Source: a virus (lineage: Duplodnaviria; Caudoviricetes). Taken from it: a stretch of 41,194 bases of DNA. Made by a program: the position numbers and the translations under genes. The notes beneath the pieces were generated by a model. It ran no database searches. It worked only from the letters and a program-made list of their open reading frames with translations, and was not told the DNA's origin. This document shows positions 1 through 6,627 of this stretch, in pieces (position 1 is the first letter of the stretch; the number at the start of each line of letters is the position of its first letter). The stretch is from the IMG/VR virus record IMGVR_UViG_3300024284_000005, positions 1 to 41,194 of that record; one strand, given 5' to 3'.

Positions 1-127
1 TACCTATCGGAGGTTGCGGGGTTTTGGTTATTCGGACTCGAGTGCCTCTAAGGCGGCGCGGATATTGCGCGTCCCGTGGAGGTAGGCCATCCGTCGGACA
101 TCTTCGACGACCGATGGATCGAGGGTC
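1..127 (+). repeat. Terminal direct repeat, left copy (probable assembly overlap)
   Basis: TACCTATCGG...GATCGAGGGTC identical to 41068-41194. Confidence 0.97.
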
Positions 128-459
128 GGGGGCAGTGGACCCGGACGCAGCAACGCCTTGGCGACTTTCAACGTCTCGACCATCTCTGCGGCCGACTTCC
201 CGTTCCCCGTTTTCCCGTTGGCGTGGGCCTTTCCGTTCCCGTTCCCGCCCGGCTTCGGGCCGGGCTTCGAGGTCCCGCTCTTAGTGGTCGCCCGCTTCCG
301 CACTTTGTCCGGGTACTTCGCCCAGATTCCCCAGACCCGTTTCTTGTCGATGTTCGCGTGCCCCGCGGCTTGGGCCGCGGCTGCAATCGCCACGACTCCG
401 AGGGAACGCGGCTGGTCAATTACGAATTGGGTTGAGGGTTTTATGGCTCGCTCAGTCAC
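28..459 (-). CDS. Small basic putative DNA-binding/nucleoid-associated protein
   Basis: GTG start, 143 aa; helical N-terminal domain, Lys/Gly/Asn-rich linker, helical C-terminus; converges on terminator 41044-41092; lies next to attP. Confidence 0.6.
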   Translation of the reverse strand: MTERAIKPSTQFVIDQPRSLGVVAIAAAAQAAGHANIDKKRVWGIWAKYPDKVRKRATTKSGTSKPGPKPGGNGNGKAHANGKTGNGKSAAEMVETLKVAKALLRPGPLPPTLDPSVVEDVRRMAYLHGTRNIRAALEALESE

Positions 460-498
460 GGAAAAACCCTTTCCGAGACTTCCCGGTGCAATGTGCCA

Positions 499-995
499 GT
501 GATCACTGTGACGGTCGTTTGTGACATCTACGGTCCTTTGGTTGACCGGGTCCCGGCGCCTTCCGTGACGCCTTGTGACACTACATCGAGGGTCACGTAT
601 GGTCGTAAGGACCCGGAAGTATGGAGCTTACTCCGGGCGTAGGTGGCGGCGCCACGGGCCAATGGTGGTCAATCGCGTGACACCGGTTGCTGCACGTGTA
701 GTGCGTGACCGCGGTAAGCCTGCGTAAACATATAGACTACGCATAGAATACGTTTCCATGTAGCGTGCCCCAAAACTATCCTAAACAGACAACCAAGTGG
801 TTATAGCCGCTTGCCAGTGGCGGCAATGGCTATAAACCGGCCCGAGTGTCACGAGATCCTGTGACACCGTGTGACAGACCTCTGCGGCGTTTCCGAGGGG
901 AGCGGGGAATGGGCGACACAAAGTCAATGGGAAAGTGCAACGGTTCGTAGGCATGCGGGAGCGCCTTGGTAGGTAGGGGGCCACTGTGACAGTGG
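499..995. other. Putative attP region: arm-type repeats (Y)GTGAC(A) around an AT-rich core-like inverted repeat at 721-743
   Basis: Non-coding gap downstream of the integrase; GTGAC copies at about 507, 520, 564, 574, 592(rev), 676, 704, 846(rev), 860, 870, 985; TGCGTAAA-CATATAG-ACTACGCA in the middle. Confidence 0.6.
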
Positions 996-1043
996 TACGT
1001 CCGGGAAAGTCTTTTGGGGGTTCCCGGGACGCCGGGAAAAGGC

Positions 1044-1081
1044 AAAAAGAAACCCCGGAAGCAATCGATACTTCCGGGGTT
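1044..1081 (-). terminator. Intrinsic terminator after integrase
   Basis: Perfect 11-bp stem AACCCCGGAAG/CTTCCGGGGTT with 9-nt loop, followed on the minus strand by TCTTTTT; 25 bp past the int stop. Confidence 0.85.
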
Positions 1082-1105
1082 CGGGCGGGACCAAGGATAG
1101 CTTTG

Positions 1106-2227
1106 TTATTGGTTCGGTGGGGGCTCCATCGCCAAGCCAAACGAGACAAGAGTCTCGACTGCAGGCAACAGCTGTCCCTGCATCAAATTCAAGCGCCCAT
1201 AAACCCCGTCAACCATCTTTGTGGTCTCGTGGCCCATAAGGGCCGCCACTTTTGAGCTGCTAACGTCATTTAGGAGCATGTCGGTGCAGAATGACCTACG
1301 CAGGTCATTGAACGAAATTCCCGACAACTGAATGCCCGCTTTCTCAAGGGCCGTATGAAGCCGGTAGTAAAGCTGCTTCATGGTTTTATCGTCCAAGGGG
1401 AACACGGGTGTCCCTGGAGCTGTCAGTGGCAAGCGACGAGTGAGTATCGCCACCATATCGTCAGTCAACGGTACGTCCCGTTTTGCTTTCTTGGTCTTGC
1501 TACCATCCACATGGACCCAACGCGCATCAAGGTGCACGTGCTCTGGAAGGATTTTCGTGATTTCTGCCCTACGCACCCCGAGGTGCCGATAGGCGACCAG
1601 GTATTCACGGAATTCCTCCGGTAATGCAGCGCACAACAGGATGGTCTGCTCCGGAGTCAATCGGCGGGTCCGCGCAGGGTTAGGCTTGATATCGGGCCAT
1701 CGAGGCGGCCGGACTTTGCAAGCTTTCAACGCGTTGGACAGGACCGCCAATTCACGAAGGATTGTGCTGTTAGTAACAGGCTTGCCACTTGGCGAAAGCT
1801 TCCTGCTACGGTCGAACCGTAGCTTGCGCCGCTGAGCTACGTATTCGAGTAACGTATCCTCGTCGATCGTGCCTATCGGCGTTTTCGGTGGCAGTACGCG
1901 TTGCAGGGCTTTTGCGCAGCGTCCGATGGTTGCGATACTTTGCGGGGGCGCTTCCTCGATTTCGAGCTTGCGTTGGTACTTGGCGATCGCCGCTTCCAAC
2001 GTGGTGTCGGTTTTCGGGGCGTGTAGGCCCTTAGCTGCAGCTTCCGGGGCTTCCGCGGTTACCTTCGCGTAGATCTTCTGTGCGACGGCTTCCGCGAATT
2101 CCTTCGGGTCCGTGGCCAGCACGTTGGTCGACCGCTGCAACCGTTTCCGCTTGCCGCTCGCGTCGAGGTAGTAATCGTCGATGTACCAACGCCCACGCAT
2201 GGGAACAACATTTACAGCCATATACAC
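1106..2227 (-). CDS. int: Tyrosine recombinase / phage integrase
   Basis: Arm-binding-like N-terminus (GRWYIDDYY...GKRKR), core-binding region (STILRELAVL), catalytic GVRRAEI, SKTKK, FNDLRRS, LMGH, VY. Confidence 0.95.
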   Translation of the reverse strand: MYMAVNVVPMRGRWYIDDYYLDASGKRKRLQRSTNVLATDPKEFAEAVAQKIYAKVTAEAPEAAAKGLHAPKTDTTLEAAIAKYQRKLEIEEAPPQSIATIGRCAKALQRVLPPKTPIGTIDEDTLLEYVAQRRKLRFDRSRKLSPSGKPVTNSTILRELAVLSNALKACKVRPPRWPDIKPNPARTRRLTPEQTILLCAALPEEFREYLVAYRHLGVRRAEITKILPEHVHLDARWVHVDGSKTKKAKRDVPLTDDMVAILTRRLPLTAPGTPVFPLDDKTMKQLYYRLHTALEKAGIQLSGISFNDLRRSFCTDMLLNDVSSSKVAALMGHETTKMVDGVYGRLNLMQGQLLPAVETLVSFGLAMEPPPNQ

Positions 2228-2236
2228 TTGTCCTTT

Positions 2237-2581
2237 CTACAGCCCACAAGCCTTCAAGACCAAACAACCGAACGCGACCCCCAGTAACCACACCCACGCA
2301 TCCATCGATGGGCTAGGTCGGGCTGGGGGTGACGTCTGCGCGGGGGTTTCCATCGGACCCGGTATGGGGTCCGGTTCGATGCGTGGCGAGTAGTTGCCGA
2401 CCTCCGCACGTAGGACCGTGCGCAATTTGGCGGCGACCATCAGCTCTGTAGCCGCGGGATCCTCGGACTCGACCACGTACGGGACGATCTGTCCGCGGAC
2501 CTCGGACCACGTTTGCCAGATCGTGCGGGACCCGGGAAGCCGGGTCGAATAGACCACGGCTTCCGGACTTACCCTGATCAC
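2237..2581 (-). CDS. Hypothetical protein with C-terminal hydrophobic helix
   Basis: Start overlaps the upstream stop (ATGA/GTGA-type coupling); C-terminal AWVWLLGVAFGCLVL. Confidence 0.6.
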   Translation of the reverse strand: MIRVSPEAVVYSTRLPGSRTIWQTWSEVRGQIVPYVVESEDPAATELMVAAKLRTVLRAEVGNYSPRIEPDPIPGPMETPAQTSPPARPSPSMDAWVWLLGVAFGCLVLKACGL

Positions 2582-3174
2582 TTGGCGACACCCCGCTCGA
2601 AGTCCGCCGCCGTAAATGCATCAAAAGCCGTGCCGAAGAGCACCGTTAGGCTCTTCTTACGGGCCTTGCACCCCTCGTGGATGCGTTCGGCCGACCGCGA
2701 GTCTGGGTTGGCCCCTGTAGCCTTGCACCACTTCGCGAAGGACTTGGGAACCGTCGCGGCGTCTTGCAAGTGGGTAAGGACCCAATGTAACCGCGGAGGG
2801 CGTGCGTAAAGGGTTCCCGTTCCCGTTGCCTTCCCTTCCCGCGCCAAGACGTCAAGCGCCTCCTGCGGCGGATTGGCGACCGGTAGATCCCCGGGTTCCG
2901 GGGTGTGGGTCGCGTACCCAAGGCCCATGCAATACGGCGTGGTGAACGTCCGCCCGTCATAGGTCAGCGTCAACTGCCACGCGTAGGTGGGGAATGTCCC
3001 GTGTGGGCCTTGGAACGGTTCAATCCCAAGCAACACAGCCTCCATACGGCATGCGGCGAGGATATCCGCCGCCGTAGGCGGCGCCTTCACGATCGGGGTT
3101 TCCGGCGCCTTAGAGGGGGCGGCCTTCCCGTTTCCCGTTTTCCCGTTTTCCGTAGCTTTCTCAGTTGTGTCCAT
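2578..3174 (-). CDS. Conserved phage hypothetical protein
   Basis: AGGAAG RBS; motifs WQLTLTYDGR..PYCMGLG and SFAKWC...DSRSA recalled from phage early proteins. Confidence 0.75.
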   Translation of the reverse strand: MDTTEKATENGKTGNGKAAPSKAPETPIVKAPPTAADILAACRMEAVLLGIEPFQGPHGTFPTYAWQLTLTYDGRTFTTPYCMGLGYATHTPEPGDLPVANPPQEALDVLAREGKATGTGTLYARPPRLHWVLTHLQDAATVPKSFAKWCKATGANPDSRSAERIHEGCKARKKSLTVLFGTAFDAFTAADFERGVAK

Positions 3175-3263
3175 ATCGCTTACTTCCTAGTCGAGACCAC
3201 ACACCCATCATGTGTGCCCCGTAACAACGCACGGATGCAAGACCCCGTGCGCTGTAACCGGGT

Positions 3264-3518
3264 TCACTTGGCGTTGTGTCGAGGCCCGCCCATAACGAAC
3301 GCGTGGCCTTCCCGTGGTCGTCCGAGGGAACCGCCGACCAGCGTGTACTCGGTCGCCCAATACCGTGTGACTAACGCCTTGGCCGCTTCTAGATGGTTTG
3401 CGTAGGTATCCCGGCCGCAGTCGTACGGGATGGTAATCGAACCGCAAAAGCAGGAGGCTTTTATGCGGGACCCCTTATGGTTCGTGGGTCCGAGATACTT
3501 AGTTAGGATTGCTTCCAT
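3264..3518 (-). CDS. Conserved phage hypothetical protein
   Basis: AAGGAG RBS then ATG at 3518; motif AILTKYLGPTN.KGSRIKA. Confidence 0.75.
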   Translation of the reverse strand: MEAILTKYLGPTNHKGSRIKASCFCGSITIPYDCGRDTYANHLEAAKALVTRYWATEYTLVGGSLGRPREGHAFVMGGPRHNAK

Positions 3519-3532
3519 GGGTCCGTTGCTCC

Positions 3533-3925
3533 TTATGCCGCCGCCGTGGTGGACGTGGCTTGCTCCCGTTCGAACGCCGCGATGCATTCCCGTTCCGCCG
3601 CCAAACGACGAAAGCCCGGTTCCGGATTGTCGAGATACAAGCGGATACGGCCCCGTGGATACACGATATCCATGTGCAGGTAGGTCATGTGCACCGCCAC
3701 ATTCGGAGTCTTACGTAGGCTGGTCAAAATCCGTTTCAACAGCCGATAATCGACCGTACGGGTATCCCCCGTGGGAGTCTCGACTAACAGCCATTGGGCC
3801 AGCCGTAGGACGGCAGCCTTCCGATTGGCCCGTCGCTTGCGCGGGTTCTTCGACCATTCTTTGCGCGACGGCAACAGACACACCTTCCCGAATTGCTCGG
3901 GTTGCAACACGACTCGTTTGGCCAT
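3533..3925 (-). CDS. Hypothetical basic protein
   Basis: Fits the leftward operon; AGGA upstream; ends in AAA. Confidence 0.6.
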   Translation of the reverse strand: MAKRVVLQPEQFGKVCLLPSRKEWSKNPRKRRANRKAAVLRLAQWLLVETPTGDTRTVDYRLLKRILTSLRKTPNVAVHMTYLHMDIVYPRGRIRLYLDNPEPGFRRLAAERECIAAFEREQATSTTAAA

Positions 3926-4015
3926 GTGGGTACTACCAGTTCCTGTAAGGCGAAATTGCCCGCCACAAGGTTCCAGCCGTCCTAGCTGGAACGTTGGCGC
4001 GGATTCTTTCGGGTC

Positions 4016-4687
4016 TCAGAGCGCGTACTTGGCTTCCCGGATAAGTGCCCGACGGTTATTGCCGCTCGTATCGCAGGCAACGTCCTTGGCACCGTAGCGC
4101 CACAAACACTCTGCTAGCCAGTACGCGTGCGAAGGTTCCGAAGGCCGGGAAACGATATCCCCGCTATACGGACACCACACGTTGCCTTCGGCGTCGAGCT
4201 CCCAACCACACGACCACAACGCTTGCCGTAGGTCGCTGGAATCCAGATGAACCGTTCCGGACTGGACGTTGTAACGCCCATACTCGGACACCGCACTGGA
4301 ATCCATTTCCTCCCAATACGAGAATTCGAACACTTCAATCGTGGTCGCATCGGACGTTCCGCGCATCCACAAACCATCATCCGAGCATGTTGACCCAGAC
4401 GTGTGGACCCATTTACGGGGAATCGGTTTGGCCTCTACGCGACCCAGAATTGCAAACTCCAGGATGTTGCCGAACAATCTATCCCGGCATGCATCGCAGT
4501 ACCGTGAGCGGGGAATCGATTCACGGTTATGCTCGACACACACGAGGTTAGGTCCGAGGGCCGCAACCCCTTTCTGGATTGTCTCGACACGTGTGTCGCT
4601 ATCAATGCCGCTGACATCAGCATTGACGGCCCACAACGCGCAGTCTTGACACAACCACAAACCGGACTCGATTACTTGCATAGGCAT
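4016..4687 (-). CDS. Hypothetical protein with N-terminal CxxC...CxxC zinc site
   Basis: GGAG RBS; CQDC and CDAC motifs, then an acidic/aromatic second domain. Confidence 0.7.
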   Translation of the reverse strand: MPMQVIESGLWLCQDCALWAVNADVSGIDSDTRVETIQKGVAALGPNLVCVEHNRESIPRSRYCDACRDRLFGNILEFAILGRVEAKPIPRKWVHTSGSTCSDDGLWMRGTSDATTIEVFEFSYWEEMDSSAVSEYGRYNVQSGTVHLDSSDLRQALWSCGWELDAEGNVWCPYSGDIVSRPSEPSHAYWLAECLWRYGAKDVACDTSGNNRRALIREAKYAL

Positions 4688-4772
4688 GGGAACGGGTACT
4701 CCGAGACGTTAGAGAGGGCGAGAATGCCCGCCGAAAGGCCGGATAAAGAATCCGGCCCTTCCGCGGAAGTTC

Positions 4773-5054
4773 TCACCAGTAACCGAGCTCTCCGACGGTT
4801 GGCACTAGGATTTCCGGGCCATCCAGGTACGGACGGGCCAAGATTTTGCCGGACCGGTCCTTACCCAAGTCGGCAAACCGTGCTGTCCAATCGGTGTCAC
4901 GGCGGTACCGAGTGACCTCAGTAGGATGTCGGTCTAGCACCTTAGAGGCCCATGCTTCCGCGGAAGCCAAAGTCTTGAAACGCCGTCGCGCGACGCATTT
5001 ATCGCGGTACCGACCGACCATGGTAAGGATCTGGACTTGATAGCGGTTTCTCAT
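4773..5054 (-). CDS. Hypothetical protein
   Basis: AAGGAG RBS before ATG at 5054 (MRNRYQVQ...). Confidence 0.6.
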   Translation of the reverse strand: MRNRYQVQILTMVGRYRDKCVARRRFKTLASAEAWASKVLDRHPTEVTRYRRDTDWTARFADLGKDRSGKILARPYLDGPEILVPTVGELGYW

Positions 5055-5067
5055 TGCCGTGGACTCC

Positions 5068-5241
5068 TTAGATACGACCGTTGCGGGTTGCACGATAGTA
5101 AGCACACACGAGGTCCGTATGATGGCCCCCAGTCTTGACCAACATGAGGTAGCGCTCCGAGTGTCGAGCGGACAGGACCTTACGCCATGCGGCCAAGGCA
5201 TCGCCCAAAGCCAAGGCTTCATTGATACGGGAAGGGAACAT
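5068..5241 (-). CDS. Small hypothetical protein (57 aa; not in ORF track)
   Basis: Hand translation MFPSRINEALALGDALAAWRK...TRNGRI*; AAAGGT upstream; stop TAA overlaps the next RBS. Confidence 0.55.
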   Translation of the reverse strand: MFPSRINEALALGDALAAWRKVLSARHSERYLMLVKTGGHHTDLVCAYYRATRNGRI

Positions 5242-5323
5242 ATTGCGGTACTACCTTTCGATTCTCACGGCTTGATTACCGGCCCAAACGCGGGAACCGG
5301 GGTTCCCGCGCTTGCGTTAGTAT

Positions 5324-5494
5324 TCAATCCGGTGCGGGAAGGTCCAATGCGGCGGCCAGCATGCAGAGGACTTCCCGGTCCTCAGCTGACATAGGCTTCC
5401 GCGGATAGGCTCGGTAGAACTCTTCCCGCGAGTAGTAAATCTCAGTGGTTTGGGTCTTGGGATTCCAGAGAGAGAATGTCTCAGTGACTTTCAT
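5324..5494 (-). CDS. Small hypothetical protein, first gene of the leftward early cluster
   Basis: GGAAAG upstream of ATG 5494 (MKVTETFSLWNP...). Confidence 0.55.
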   Translation of the reverse strand: MKVTETFSLWNPKTQTTEIYYSREEFYRAYPRKPMSAEDREVLCMLAAALDLPAPD

Positions 5495-5643
5495 CGGGTT
5501 CTTTCCGACCGGTGCGGGGACTTCATGCGCACCGGAACGAACCGATACATACCGACTACAAGTGTCACGGTAAAGTGCCTTACACACACTTCGTCGCAGA
5601 TAAATCTGGAAAGAATCCGGGACAAGCGCCATCGGAGGCGGGA

Positions 5644-5660
5644 AGGACCCACATAACTAC
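5644..5660 (+). repeat. 17-bp direct repeat, copy 1
   Basis: AGGACCCACATAACTAC; 16/17 identical to 5994-6010. Confidence 0.85.
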
Positions 5661-5987
5661 ATGTCTTGCATCAACAAACCGAGATACGTTGAGATAGTCG
5701 ACCCAGCGCTTCAGCCCTACGTGTTGGTTACGATGAAAGAAGCAGAGGACAACGTCCGGCTTGAGATACGCGACCGAGCGTCCGGTAACGCCCTCAGCGT
5801 GGCCAACATGACGATCGCGGAAACCACGGGCTTGGTTACCGCTCTGGTCAACTGCGTCTCGGTGCCGCCGCTGCCTAGCCTCGACTATCCCGCCGATACG
5901 GATGACGGACCGGTGCAACTCACTAGAACCCCACATGTTCGTGAGTTTCCTCTCGGACACGAACCGCCTCCGGTTCCCACGACGTAA
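5661..5987 (+). CDS. Hypothetical protein flanked by direct repeats
   Basis: AAGGA RBS within the repeat; 108 aa, Pro-rich tail. Confidence 0.65.
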   Translation: MSCINKPRYVEIVDPALQPYVLVTMKEAEDNVRLEIRDRASGNALSVANMTIAETTGLVTALVNCVSVPPLPSLDYPADTDDGPVQLTRTPHVREFPLGHEPPPVPTT

Positions 5988-5993
5988 GGCAGG

Positions 5994-6010
5994 AGGACCC
6001 ACATAATTAC
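5994..6010 (+). repeat. 17-bp direct repeat, copy 2
   Basis: AGGACCCACATAATTAC. Confidence 0.85.
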
Positions 6011-6545
6011 GGGGTCGAACGCGACGAGGGATGTAGCCGGTTGTGGGGTATGACATTGGGATCATGCCCATCCTTGGTGACAAATTGTCCCAGGTAAATT
6101 GGCATGCGTAACGTATGCGAGAACCCCATTTAGACGCTCTGTGAGGCTCCAGGACGGTCGGAAGCCTCACGGACGTCCCCTACACCGGGTTGACCTCCTA
6201 ACGCCGCCTAGAGGCCCCTTGGGTCTCGGAGGCCTTCGGGGCCGTGACACCGCTCGTGAGGGCCGTAATGCGCAGGCTACCTAAACACTTGGAATCATAG
6301 GGCCTCCGACCAAGTGTGTAAGGCATGCTGGATGCCCTGCGTTGGCTGGTCACATATGGTCATGACCGTACCCTCGACGGGGACGTGCGGCTAACCTCGC
6401 GGAATCCTTCACGATTCTGGATTCCCGAGAGTCTGGAAAGGCTGAACGTCCTAAATCGGGGAGGGAGGGGGGTGGGGGGATGGGACCCGCCAGAACACCA
6501 CAAACAAAAAACCGCAATTCCGCACCCGGCCGAGTGGACCCCGAT

Positions 6546-6573
6546 TTGACTTCCGATCGGATCTTCTTACCTT
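6546..6573 (+). promoter_or_regulatory. Candidate sigma70-type promoter of the virion operon, with a palindrome in the spacer
   Basis: TTGACT-N16-TACCTT about 55 bp before portal; TCCGATCGGA palindrome at 6552-6561. Confidence 0.45.
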
Positions 6574-6627
6574 GCCTAGATCGTCGTTTGCGTCCGTTTC
6601 GTACCTCGGGGAATTGCCGTCGGGGTC

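Noticed and set aside
719-746. dif-like XerCD site
   Set aside because: Symmetry fits a 7-bp spacer, the XerD arm TTATGTTAAAT is absent, and the phage has its own integrase
499-995. GTGAC repeats as a CRISPR array or CRP sites
   Set aside because: Repeats are only 5-8 bp with irregular spacing and mixed orientation; no TGTGA-N6-TCACA; no cas genes
1082-1260. Mx8-style attP/tRNA fragment inside the integrase 3' end
   Set aside because: No T-arm (GGTTCGAATCC-like) or CCA-ending tRNA segment visible on either strand
6321-6336. Sigma54 promoter (AGGCATG-N4-ATGC)
   Set aside because: GG-N10-GC spacing fits, but both flanks deviate and the mirrored copy at 5576 lacks the -12 element; too weak to call
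5580-6549. ORFs 5580-6170(-), 6099-6284(+) and 6325-6549(+)
   Set aside because: No recognisable motifs or RBS; they overlap a better-supported gene or the structured/G-tract DNA
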